Below are positions 29,370 to 38,484 of a stretch of DNA of 63,346 bases, piece after piece. The notes under the pieces were generated by a model that was given only the letters and a program-made list of their open reading frames with translations, was not told the origin of the DNA and did no database searches. Origin of the DNA: Candidatus Omnitrophota bacterium (GTDB lineage: Bacteria > Omnitrophota > Gorgyraeia > Gygaellales > Profunditerraquicolaceae); assembly GCA_017992455.1 (NCBI GenBank), contig JAGOOP010000008.1:1-63346 (forward strand), given 5' to 3'. Position numbers and translations under genes: made by a program. Position 1 is the first letter of the stretch, and every line of letters begins with the position of its first letter.

Positions 29370-31085
29370 ATGCGCGCAAAGATCTTCAGTGTTTGTATCG
29401 CTGCTGTTTTCATCATGCTCGGTATCGCCCTTTTTAATATGCAGGTGATGCAGGGGGGCAGGTACCGGGACATGAGCAACAAGAATTGCATCAGGCTGGT
29501 GCCCCATGCCGGCATGCGGGGAAGTATCCTGGACCGCAACGGCGTTGTCATCGTCGGCAGCGTGCTTTCATATGATGTCGTGGTCCTTCCGCAGACATCG
29601 GCGCGCGTCGAGCAGATCCTTGCCTTCCTGTCCGGCATCACCAATACGCCCCTCGCACAGCTGCGCAAGACGTACCGAAGGAATTATTCCTCCCCGAGCA
29701 TGCCGGTGCCGGTCCTGAAGAACATCGACCGCCAGACCGCGGCGACCCTCGAGGAAATGAAGCTTGATATCGACAGCCTCATCGTCCAGCAGACGCCGGT
29801 CAGGCACTATCCGCACGGCAGGCTTGCGAGCCATGTGGTGGGGTATCTGAGCGAGATAGATCACTGGCGCCTCACGAAACTGCAGGATTACGGATACAAG
29901 ACCAAGGATATAGTCGGATTCGGCGGCATCGAGGAAAAATACGATTATTATTTGCGGCAGGAGGACGGCGGCCTTTCGGTCGAGGTCGACCATCAGGGCA
30001 GGTTTATGCGTGTCCTGGGGTTCCGCCCGCCGCTCAAAGGCAAGGATATACAACTGACGATCGACGGGCGCATCCAGAAGCTGGCCGAGGACGCGCTCGA
30101 GGACGCCAAGGGCGCCATTGTGATCATCGATCCGGTTTCAGGCGAGGTCATTGCCTGCGCGAGCGCTCCTGATTTCGATCCGTCCGTATTCGTCAAAAAA
30201 ACTTATTCTGTCATGGGCGCTTTGTTCAACGACCCGAATGCGCCGCTTATGAACCGCGCGATCGCCGGGACGTACCCTCCCGGCTCGGTGTTCAAGATGG
30301 TCGGCGCCGCGGCCGGCCTGGAATCGGGAAGGGTCAGCCCGGCAACGACGCATTATTGCCCGGGGAGCCTCCTGGTCGGAAGCCGCGCGTTCAAATGCTG
30401 GAACACGCACGGCAGCCAGGACCTGATACAGGCGATCGCGCAGTCGTGCGACGTTTTTTTCTATAAGCTCGGGCTCGCCGTCGGCGCCCAGATGATACAC
30501 GATTATGCGTTGAAACTCGGCATGGGCAGGAGGACCGGCATCGAATTGCCGTATGAATCGTCGGGCAGCGTGCCCAATCCCTTCTGGAACAGGGTATATA
30601 AATTCCAGCGCTGGTATGACGGCGATACGGCGAACTTTGTCATCGGCCAGGGAGCGCTTTTGACCTCGCCGCTGCAGTTATGCCGTTTTACCGCGGTTTT
30701 TGCAAACGGAGGGAACCTGGTCACGCCGTATATCATCAAGGCGATCGACGGCAGGGATGTTTCGGGATCGCACCAAAAGGTTTCTTCGGTGCGCCTGCGC
30801 CGCAGTACGATCGAGCGGATCCGCGAAGGCATGCGTCAGGTCGTTTCCGGAGATGCCGGAACCGCGCGCGTTCTGGCCGGAGCGCCCGTCGCCGTTGCGG
30901 GAAAGACGGGGACGGCGCAGACCTCCGATGATAAGACGCATGCGTGGTTTTCCGGTTTTTTTCCGTATGAAAAGCCCCGGTATTGCATCTGCGTATTCCT
31001 CGAGCGGGGCGGTTCGGGCTCTGCGGCAAGCGCCGTGGCCAAACAGATCATAGACTCGATGGCGGAGGAGGGATTTTTGCCATGA
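29370..31085 (+). CDS. mrdA: Penicillin-binding protein 2 (elongasome transpeptidase)
   Basis: An internal ATG lies at 29370, followed by a TM segment. 'GSVFK' and 'KTGTAQ' are present. It lies upstream of rodA. Confidence 0.85.
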   Translation: MRAKIFSVCIAAVFIMLGIALFNMQVMQGGRYRDMSNKNCIRLVPHAGMRGSILDRNGVVIVGSVLSYDVVVLPQTSARVEQILAFLSGITNTPLAQLRKTYRRNYSSPSMPVPVLKNIDRQTAATLEEMKLDIDSLIVQQTPVRHYPHGRLASHVVGYLSEIDHWRLTKLQDYGYKTKDIVGFGGIEEKYDYYLRQEDGGLSVEVDHQGRFMRVLGFRPPLKGKDIQLTIDGRIQKLAEDALEDAKGAIVIIDPVSGEVIACASAPDFDPSVFVKKTYSVMGALFNDPNAPLMNRAIAGTYPPGSVFKMVGAAAGLESGRVSPATTHYCPGSLLVGSRAFKCWNTHGSQDLIQAIAQSCDVFFYKLGLAVGAQMIHDYALKLGMGRRTGIELPYESSGSVPNPFWNRVYKFQRWYDGDTANFVIGQGALLTSPLQLCRFTAVFANGGNLVTPYIIKAIDGRDVSGSHQKVSSVRLRRSTIERIREGMRQVVSGDAGTARVLAGAPVAVAGKTGTAQTSDDKTHAWFSGFFPYEKPRYCICVFLERGGSGSAASAVAKQIIDSMAEEGFLP

Positions 31086-32182
31086 GGACGGACCTGAAGA
31101 TCCCCGGTATCGCGCTGTTGATCTCCATGATGGGTATTGTCACCATCTATAGCAGCACCTATATGAAGGAGGGGGAATTCTGGCAGTCGCTGTACCAGCG
31201 CCAGATCCTGTGGGTCGCATTGGGGCTTGTCGTATACGCGATCTTTTCAAGGATCAACTATCGGCGCATCTGGGACTGGACCTATGCCATCTATGCGCTG
31301 GTGATCATTCTGTTGTTGCTTGTGGTGGGCAGCGGCATCGTCCGGCTCGGCGCACAGCGGTGGCTCAGGATCGCGTGGTTCAATCTGCAGCCTTCCGAAG
31401 TCGCAAAATTCGCCGTGCTTATCTATATGGCCAGGTATTGCAGTAAAAAATCGCCGGATGATGTGGGGCTCAAAGCCCGCCGTTACGGCATCGTCAAAGG
31501 CCTCATTATACCGTTCTTGTTCGTCATCGTGCCGTCCGCGTTCATCATAGAGCAGCCTGACCTGGGAAGCGGCGCCCTTGTTTTCTTCCTGTTTTTCGCG
31601 ATGCTGTATCTGGGCAATGTCAGGCTCAGGTACCTTGCGCTTGTCGCCGGGATACTGATCGCGGTCATGCCTGTTGCGTGGCATTTCCTGCACGATTATC
31701 AGCGTGACCGGATACTCGTTTTCCTGAATCCGAATATCGACCCGCTCGGCGCAGGATATACGATCATCCAATCGAAGATCGCCATCGGTTCGGGCGGATT
31801 TCTGGGAAAGGGATGGCTGGGAGGCACGCAAAGCCAGTTGTTCTTCCTTCCCGAGGCGCATACGGATTTCATATTCGCGACATTCACCGAACAATGGGGG
31901 TTTGTGGGAGGGATTATACTGCTCGCATTGTATTTTCTTTTGATCAAGCAGGGCATCAACGTGGCCGAGCGGACCGGGGACCATTACGGCAGGCTTCTAT
32001 CGCTCGGCATCTCATTGATGCTGGCGATCCAGGTCTGCATCAACATCTCCATGAACATGGGGCTGGCGCCGGTCGTGGGCATACCGCTGCCGCTCATGTC
32101 GTACGGCGGCTCGTCAATGATCATTACCTATATATGCCTTGGCATGATGGCCAACATCAACAGGACGCGCGCGGTTTTCTAA
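31082..32182 (+). CDS. rodA: SEDS-family peptidoglycan glycosyltransferase RodA
   Basis: 'QPSEVAK', 'EQPDLGS', 'HTDFIFA' and 'IPLPLMSYGGSS' are present. Its ATG overlaps the mrdA stop. Confidence 0.85.
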   Translation: MRTDLKIPGIALLISMMGIVTIYSSTYMKEGEFWQSLYQRQILWVALGLVVYAIFSRINYRRIWDWTYAIYALVIILLLLVVGSGIVRLGAQRWLRIAWFNLQPSEVAKFAVLIYMARYCSKKSPDDVGLKARRYGIVKGLIIPFLFVIVPSAFIIEQPDLGSGALVFFLFFAMLYLGNVRLRYLALVAGILIAVMPVAWHFLHDYQRDRILVFLNPNIDPLGAGYTIIQSKIAIGSGGFLGKGWLGGTQSQLFFLPEAHTDFIFATFTEQWGFVGGIILLALYFLLIKQGINVAERTGDHYGRLLSLGISLMLAIQVCINISMNMGLAPVVGIPLPLMSYGGSSMIITYICLGMMANINRTRAVF

Positions 32183-32208
32183 GAGCGATAGCGGCACAGG
32201 GGGGCGTT

Positions 32209-32679
32209 ATGAATATGGAACTGACGGGGATGGAAGATCTTTTTCTGCAATTGAAGAAACGGCTGTCAACGCCGGGGCGCGTTATCAGTATTGACGGAGT
32301 GGCCCAGGCGGGGCAGAAAGCGCTCGCCGATACGCTGGCAGGGCGGTTCGCGTGCCAGCTGATCGAGGTCGATCATACGGCCGATGCCCAGCAACTCATT
32401 GCGGGAGCCGCAGCGGGGCGGAAGAAGGGGCATGTGATCATATCCGGTATCCTCATGCGCCGGATATTGGCTGCCGCAGGGCTGAAGCCGGATATCGCCA
32501 TCTACGTTATACCGTCGGAAAAGAACAGCCGTCGGGCATTCTGGGAAGGCATCCTTTCCAAACCGCAGCAGGAGTATCTGGCGGAGTTGAAGGCAGATCT
32601 CGATAAGAAGACGGTCGAGTATCACTGGAAGCATCATCCGATCATCAACGCGGATTATCTGGTCGAAGGAGATGAGTAG
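32209..32679 (+). CDS. Hypothetical protein with a degenerate P-loop-like N-terminus
   Basis: An internal ATG lies at 32209. 'VISIDGVAQAGQKALADTL' resembles a nucleoside-kinase Walker A but lacks GK[ST]. No other motif was recognised. Confidence 0.4.
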   Translation: MNMELTGMEDLFLQLKKRLSTPGRVISIDGVAQAGQKALADTLAGRFACQLIEVDHTADAQQLIAGAAAGRKKGHVIISGILMRRILAAAGLKPDIAIYVIPSEKNSRRAFWEGILSKPQQEYLAELKADLDKKTVEYHWKHHPIINADYLVEGDE

Positions 32680-32834
32680 TCTGTCGCGGTAGTGTCTCTC
32701 AGGGGCGCTCGTGCGTCCCCGGCGTGGCCGCACTCGCTCGATTTCGTCCCCTCGCTCTTGCCGGTACGTTTGAGCGGGCAATCCGTGCCCGCTCGGGGAC
32801 TCCAACGCCCTTCGATACACTACCGGGACAGACT
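32678..32834. ncRNA. Candidate structured RNA or palindromic element A (about 157 nt, nested helices); identity and strand unknown
   Basis: The 18-nt termini AGTCTGTCGCGGTAGTGT and ACACTACCGGGACAGACT pair with 1 mismatch. Nested complementary pairs GGGGCG/CGCCC and GTCCCC/GGGGAC are present. An internal hairpin GAGCGGGCA-atccg-TGCCCGCTC is present. Confidence 0.35.
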
Positions 32835-32895
32835 GCGATTCTTATTCGAATAAAGGAACCATATGCTTAATGAAGATAGGTTTTTTGGATCGTCG

Positions 32896-33015
32896 CGTTG
32901 ATCCCTGGAGGGTGTGTCACAAAGCGAGTTCCCGCAGAGGCGGGATACTGACGTAATACCTAGTTAACGTCAGGTATCCTGTTCGAGCGACTGACACACC
33001 CTCCAGGGATCAACG
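32896..33015. ncRNA. Candidate structured RNA or MITE-like palindromic element B (120 nt) with perfect 24-bp terminal inverted repeats
   Basis: CGTTGATCCCTGGAGGGTGTGTCA (32896-32919) is perfectly complementary to 32992-33015. Inner hairpins are CCCGC-agag-GCGGG and GATACTGACGT..ACGTCAGGTATC. Confidence 0.4.
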
Positions 33016-33040
33016 AATAATAAAAGAAAGTAGATACCAT

Positions 33041-34810
33041 ATGTTAGATCAAGAAATGCTGTTAGGGGTACGCAAACCGGCGCGCTACATCGGAAGCGAG
33101 TGGAACGCGTCGAAGAAATCCTTTGACGGATCGGCGCTGCGCTTCGCTTTGTGTTTCCCCGATCTGTACGAGATCGGCATGAGCAACCTGGGGGTCAGGA
33201 TACTGTATTCCGTCCTGAACGCGGTCACCGATGTGTGCTGTGAGCGCGTATTCATGCCGGATATCGATATGGCGCAGGCATTGAAAGACAAGCGCATGCC
33301 ATTGATGACGCTTGAGTCTCAGCGGCCGGTGCGGGATTTCGACATTCTGGGGGTTTCGCTCGGCTATGAATTGTCTTATACCAACGTGCTGGCGGCGCTC
33401 GATCTGGCAGGATTGCCGCTTGAGGCGGCGGCGCGCGGCAGGGAATTCCCGCTGGTCGTTGCCGGAGGGCCTGCGGTCCTGAACCCCGAGCCCATGCATG
33501 AATTCTTCGATCTGTTCGTCATCGGCGAAGCCGAGGAAGCGGTCGTCGAGTTGATCGATGCATACCGCGGCCTGAAAAATGCATACCGGTCAGGCGGCAT
33601 AACCAAGCAGGATCTGTTATTCAAGCTGTCCGGTATAGAAGGGGTGTATGTCCCGTCTTTATATGACGTGGAGTATGGCAGCGACGGAACGCTCAGCGTT
33701 TTCTCGCCGGTCCGGCAGGGCGTCCCCGCAACGGTCAAGAAAAGGATATTCGCAGGGTTCGGCAGTTCTTCACTGCCCCGCGAATGGCTTGTTCCCTATA
33801 TTCAGGTCGTTCACGACCGGGTGACGGTCGAGGTGTCCCGCGGTTGTCCGAACCGGTGCCGGTTCTGCCAGGCGCGCAGCTGCTATTTTCCGCTGCGGCA
33901 CCGGCCGGCCCCTCTGGTCCTGGGAGCTGCGCGGGAATATTACCGCCAGACCGGCTACGACGAGGTGTCCTTTTGCGGCTTATCGGTCAGCGATTATCCC
34001 GGCCTGCCCGCGCTCATGGAGCAGATGGTGAATGAATTCAAACCATACGGCGTCAGTGTTTCCCTGCCGTCGGTCAAGCCCAAAACATTTCTCGGAGGCA
34101 TGTCGGGGCTGATCGCGACCGTTAAGAAGACGGGCCTGACATTCGCGCCCGAGGCGGCGACCGCCGGGCTGCGCAGTGTCATCGGAAAGGATTTTGATGA
34201 AGAAGAATTCTTCCGGATGCTCGAAGAAGTTTACCGCGCCGGGTATCAGCATGTCAAACTGTATTTCATGACGGGCCTGCCGCAGGAGACCGAAGCGGAT
34301 GTCGAGGCGATCGCGCAATTTTCCCGCCGCGTTTCGGCAGCGCGCAAGCCGGCGGCGGGATCTGCCGCCGCGGTCAATGTGAGCGTGAACACCGTGATCC
34401 CCAAGCCCCATACGCCGTTCCAGTGGCTCGAAATGGATTCGATCGAGCATATGGAAGAGACACAGAAGTTTTTGGCGTCGAAAATGAGCGGCCGCAAGAT
34501 CAAGGTCGGTTTTCATGACCGGCATATGAACTTTCTCGAGGGCGTTTTTTCGCGCGGCGACCGGCGGTTGAGCGCCGTGGTCAGGCGGGCGTACGAAAAA
34601 GGATGCAGATTCGACGGATGGAGCGAGCATTTCAATTTTTCCGCCTGGACGGACGCGTTCAAGGAGACGGGATGCGATCCGGGCGTGTATGTGCGCCGGC
34701 GCAGTATCGATGAGGTCCTGCCGTGGGATTTTATCGATGTGGGTATTCCCAAGAGCGTCCTTGTGCAGGAGTATCGCGCGATGAACGGGCACGAACGCGA
34801 TATCGTGTAA
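33041..34810 (+). CDS. B12-binding-domain-like / radical SAM protein (family that often follows the rodA/mre region)
   Basis: It has the 'CPNRCRFC' CxxxCxxC cluster motif in 'VSRGCPNRCRFCQA' and an N-terminal Rossmann-like region. Length is 589 aa. Confidence 0.75.
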   Translation: MLDQEMLLGVRKPARYIGSEWNASKKSFDGSALRFALCFPDLYEIGMSNLGVRILYSVLNAVTDVCCERVFMPDIDMAQALKDKRMPLMTLESQRPVRDFDILGVSLGYELSYTNVLAALDLAGLPLEAAARGREFPLVVAGGPAVLNPEPMHEFFDLFVIGEAEEAVVELIDAYRGLKNAYRSGGITKQDLLFKLSGIEGVYVPSLYDVEYGSDGTLSVFSPVRQGVPATVKKRIFAGFGSSSLPREWLVPYIQVVHDRVTVEVSRGCPNRCRFCQARSCYFPLRHRPAPLVLGAAREYYRQTGYDEVSFCGLSVSDYPGLPALMEQMVNEFKPYGVSVSLPSVKPKTFLGGMSGLIATVKKTGLTFAPEAATAGLRSVIGKDFDEEEFFRMLEEVYRAGYQHVKLYFMTGLPQETEADVEAIAQFSRRVSAARKPAAGSAAAVNVSVNTVIPKPHTPFQWLEMDSIEHMEETQKFLASKMSGRKIKVGFHDRHMNFLEGVFSRGDRRLSAVVRRAYEKGCRFDGWSEHFNFSAWTDAFKETGCDPGVYVRRRSIDEVLPWDFIDVGIPKSVLVQEYRAMNGHERDIV

Positions 34811-34892
34811 GTCCGAAGAATGAAAACTATTGCCATGAGGCATCTTACGCGATATAATATTCGCTGCGATACAAAGCAGAGAGGCGAAGAGC

Positions 34893-36275
34893 ATGAAGAA
34901 AAATGACGTCGTTTCCATTTCGTCGAGGGGGCTGGCGTATAAACTGCGCGTCGCTTTTTCCCTCATGTCGGTGCTTCCGCTTTTGGTATCGTTCTACGTG
35001 ATGGGCAATTATCTCGTTCCGAGGACCGGCATGAGGCCCTACGTTATCATATTCCTGGGTATCAGCGCGGTCATCGCGCTCTCGGGGTTCTTTCTTATCA
35101 AGGATGTTTTCGATCGGATGATCAAGGTCACCGGCCAGGTGAAGATGATCGCCGCCGGCGATATGGCCCGCAAGGTCGATGTCAAGCTGAAGGACGAAGT
35201 CGGGGAACTGTCGGACGCCCTGAACCAGATCACTCAGCGGGTGCGCACGAACATGGAAGAACTGCAGGTCTACGGCAAGCAGACCGATGACATGAACACG
35301 CAGATCCAGCGCCGCCTGCATGTCCTGGCGAGCGTTCTGCAGATCACGTCGCTGATATCCCAGCGGGAGAGCCTGGATAAGATACTTCAGATGATCGTGG
35401 AGAAGGCCAAACAGCTGGCGCACTCGGACCTGGCGTATCTTTTGGTCCGTGACGATGCGGCCGGCGCGTTCGTCATGCATAAAGTTTTCGGCGTCGATGC
35501 CGCCGGCCTTCAGGATATGCACGTTCCCGTTCCCGATGCCTTGTTCACCGATATCAGCGTTCAGGACAAAGTGTTCCTGCTCGACGCGGTCAATCAGGCG
35601 AGTGCCGAACAGGCAGCGTTACTCGAGGAGCGTCTGCGGCTGCGCAATACCATGGCGATCGCGGTCCACCTGTCGGGAGAGGTGGTCGGGGTCCTCGGCG
35701 TCGGTAATCGCGCCGAAGGGTTCTCATATACCCAGGACGATCAGGCGTTGTTCGACGTGTTCGCCAAGCAGGCGACGATTGCCATGGGGAATGAAAAGCT
35801 TTTGCGCAAGGTCGAGAAGCTCGAGATCAAAGACGAGCTTACCGGCCTGTACAATCAGACGTATATCCTGAATCATCTGCGGGAAGAGATCAAGCGGGCG
35901 GTCCGCTTCCAGCGCCCCTGCGCCTTCATGATCGTCAGTATCGATCGTTTCGACAAACTGCTCGCTTCGGTCGGAGAGGAGCAGGCGAATGCGATCCTGA
36001 TCAAAATATCGTCACTTATCCGGGATCTCGTGCGAGAGGTCGACCGCGTCGCGCGTTTTGAAAAGAACGGCTTTGCGGTCGTCCTGCCTGAAAAAAACAA
36101 GCGGGAAATGCAGAAGATGGCGGATGAGATAAAAGAGCGGATAGAATCCAATTTCGCCTCAAAGCTCGATCACCGGAAATTACTGACCGTGAGCATCGGA
36201 ACGAGCGAGAACCCGCTCGACGGCGCCAACGCCGAAGAGCTTGTGGCATGCGCGCATAAGATGCTCCATGTCTAA
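34893..36275 (+). CDS. Membrane HAMP-GAF-GGDEF-domain protein with a degenerate active site (EKNGF) and a retained RxxD I-site
   Basis: It has an N-terminal TM region, HAMP 'GDMARKVDVKLKDEVGELSDALNQI', and a GGDEF fold 'DELTGLYNQ..'. 'REVDRVARFEKNGFAVVLPE' occupies the place of RxxD-x5-GGDEF. Confidence 0.7.
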   Translation: MKKNDVVSISSRGLAYKLRVAFSLMSVLPLLVSFYVMGNYLVPRTGMRPYVIIFLGISAVIALSGFFLIKDVFDRMIKVTGQVKMIAAGDMARKVDVKLKDEVGELSDALNQITQRVRTNMEELQVYGKQTDDMNTQIQRRLHVLASVLQITSLISQRESLDKILQMIVEKAKQLAHSDLAYLLVRDDAAGAFVMHKVFGVDAAGLQDMHVPVPDALFTDISVQDKVFLLDAVNQASAEQAALLEERLRLRNTMAIAVHLSGEVVGVLGVGNRAEGFSYTQDDQALFDVFAKQATIAMGNEKLLRKVEKLEIKDELTGLYNQTYILNHLREEIKRAVRFQRPCAFMIVSIDRFDKLLASVGEEQANAILIKISSLIRDLVREVDRVARFEKNGFAVVLPEKNKREMQKMADEIKERIESNFASKLDHRKLLTVSIGTSENPLDGANAEELVACAHKMLHV

Positions 36276-36296
36276 CATGACGGGAAAACATGACCT

Positions 36297-36743
36297 ATGC
36301 CGGTAAAAAAGATCATCAATAAACAATTAGGCGAATTGCTCATCGAACACGGCATCATCAACGCGGACCAGCTCGAGAAAGCCCTCATGGCCCAGAAGGA
36401 AAAAGGCGGGCTCATCGGAGAGCTCCTCGTCGAGCTTGGATTCGCCAAAGAGGAGGATATCGCCCAGGCGATCACGGTGCAATACGGTTTTCCGTATCTG
36501 CCTCTTTCCAGTTATGAGATCAATGCGGAGATCAGCGCGTTGATCCCGGGGCGCGTTGCCAGGCAGTATATGCTTATTCCCATCGACAAGATCGGCAACA
36601 ACCTTACCCTGGCAATGGCGAATCCGCTCAATGCCTCCGCCATCGAGGATGTCGAGCAGGTGACGGGATGCATGGTCCAGGTATTCGTCAGCACCGTCTC
36701 GGACATCAAAAAGGCCATCGAGAAACATTATAAGCTGTCGTAA
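36297..36743 (+). CDS. Stand-alone T2SSE N-terminal (MshEN-like) domain protein
   Basis: 'QLGELLIEHGIINADQLEKALMAQ' and 'LIGELLVELGFAKEEDIAQAITVQ' match the tandem 24-residue MshEN motif. 'IPIDKIGNNLTLAMANPLN' is a typical GspE_N feature. No ATPase domain is present. Confidence 0.7.
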   Translation: MPVKKIINKQLGELLIEHGIINADQLEKALMAQKEKGGLIGELLVELGFAKEEDIAQAITVQYGFPYLPLSSYEINAEISALIPGRVARQYMLIPIDKIGNNLTLAMANPLNASAIEDVEQVTGCMVQVFVSTVSDIKKAIEKHYKLS

Positions 36744-36763
36744 GCCCGTACGAGCAGGAGACA

Positions 36764-38482
36764 ATGGCATCCCTCAAAGACCGTCTTACCGATATCCTCA
36801 TCAAGAACAATCTGATCACCCCCGAACAGCTGAACCAGGCCCTTGAAGAACAGAGGATAAAGGGGGGCAAACTGAGCGATATCATCGTCGCTCTTAAATT
36901 TGTCAGTGAAAGCAATCTGATCTCCGTGCTCTCCCAGAGCATGAATTTCCCTCTCATCGACCTGAAACGGTTCAAGGTCGACACCGAGACCGCCCGGCTT
37001 GTCCCGTCCACCATCGCCCGCCATTATCAGATCATCCCGGTATCGAAGATCGGGGATACGATCACTCTTGCCATGGCCGACCCGCTTAATGTGTTCGCGA
37101 TCGACCATGTCGCGTCCCTCACCGGGTATAAGATCAATCCGATCATCTCGTCGCTTCAGGACATCATGCAGGCGATCGAGACGTCGTACACCGACGTGTC
37201 GAAAGACGCCATCGGCGACCTCGTTAAGGAGATCTCGGCCACTTCGTCCATCGAGCTCATCAAGGAAGAGCGGGAGGCCAACGTTGAAGCCGACATGGGA
37301 ACGCTTTCGACCGACGCTCCGGTCATCAAGATCACCGATCTTATCCTCGACCAGGCGGTGAAAAAGAAATCGTCCGATATCCTCATCGAGCCGTTCGAGA
37401 AGAAATTGCGCGTGCGCTTCCGCGTCGACGGCATTTTGCAGGAAGAACAGTCGCCTCCGAAGCATCTCCATATGTCGATCGTTTCGCGCATCAAGGTCAT
37501 GTCGGAGCTTAATATCGCCGAGCACCGGCTTCCGCAGGACGGCAGGTTCAAAGCGAAGCTCGGAGGCCGCGAGGTCGATTTCCGCGTTTCGGTCCTGCCG
37601 TCGGCGTTCGGGGAAAAGGTCGCGATCCGTATCCTCGACAAATCGCAGGCCATGCTCGATATCCAGAAACTCGGATTCGCCGAAGATACGCTTTCCACGC
37701 TGCGCAAAGTCGCAAAGATGCCCCATGGCATGGTCTTGGTGACCGGCCCGACGGGCTCCGGCAAGACGACGACGCTGTATTCCGTCCTGAAGCTCCTCGA
37801 TTCTCCGGAAAAGAACATCGTGACCGTCGAGGATCCGGTCGAGTACCAGCTTGAAGGCATCAACCAGGTCACGGTCAAGGCCGATGTGGGGCTTACTTTT
37901 GCGAGCGCGCTGCGGTCCATATTGCGCCAGGACCCGAATATCATCATGATCGGCGAGATCCGCGACTTCGAGACCGTCGACATCGCCATAAAAAGCGCGT
38001 TGACCGGCCATCTGGTCCTGTCGACGCTTCATACGACGACCGCCTGCGGTTCGGTCGTGCGGCTCGTCAACATGGGCGTCGAGCCGTTCATGATCAACTC
38101 GTCCGTCCTGTGCATCGTCGCGCAGCGGCTCGTGCGCAAGCTCTGCCCGTATTGTAAGCACGAAGACACGCTCGCCGAAGGCGTGATCAAGAACCTCAAG
38201 ATCGCGGTGCCCCGGGGCCAGAAGGCCGTGTTCTACCGGGGCAAAGGGTGTTCCCGGTGCCTCAACCTGGGGTATTCCGGCCGCGTCGGCATCGCCGAGG
38301 TCCTGCTTTTGACGTCCAGGATCAGGGACCTTATTCTGAACCGGGCCCAGGAACACATCATCAAACAGCATGCGCGCGAAGAAGGGATGCATACCCTGCG
38401 CGAGGACGGTATCCGCGCGGCCCTGGCGGGCCTGACGTCGCTTGAGGAGATCATCCGGGTCACCGCAGCGGATGAAGTATAA
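36764..38482 (+). CDS. PilB/GspE-family secretion/pilus assembly ATPase, copy 1
   Basis: It has an N-terminal GspE_N, Walker A 'GPTGSGKTTT', 'MIGEIRD' and a tetracysteine 'CPYC..CSRC'. Confidence 0.85.
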   Translation: MASLKDRLTDILIKNNLITPEQLNQALEEQRIKGGKLSDIIVALKFVSESNLISVLSQSMNFPLIDLKRFKVDTETARLVPSTIARHYQIIPVSKIGDTITLAMADPLNVFAIDHVASLTGYKINPIISSLQDIMQAIETSYTDVSKDAIGDLVKEISATSSIELIKEEREANVEADMGTLSTDAPVIKITDLILDQAVKKKSSDILIEPFEKKLRVRFRVDGILQEEQSPPKHLHMSIVSRIKVMSELNIAEHRLPQDGRFKAKLGGREVDFRVSVLPSAFGEKVAIRILDKSQAMLDIQKLGFAEDTLSTLRKVAKMPHGMVLVTGPTGSGKTTTLYSVLKLLDSPEKNIVTVEDPVEYQLEGINQVTVKADVGLTFASALRSILRQDPNIIMIGEIRDFETVDIAIKSALTGHLVLSTLHTTTACGSVVRLVNMGVEPFMINSSVLCIVAQRLVRKLCPYCKHEDTLAEGVIKNLKIAVPRGQKAVFYRGKGCSRCLNLGYSGRVGIAEVLLLTSRIRDLILNRAQEHIIKQHAREEGMHTLREDGIRAALAGLTSLEEIIRVTAADEV

Positions 38483-38484
38483 CC

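Noticed and set aside
32678-32834. Specific identification of element A as 6S RNA (ssrS), SRP RNA, RNase P RNA or tmRNA.
   Set aside because: None of the conserved strings I remember for SRP, RNase P or tmRNA are present. The 6S family is defined by structure rather than sequence, and I cannot evaluate that without a covariance model. It is kept only as a generic candidate ncRNA.
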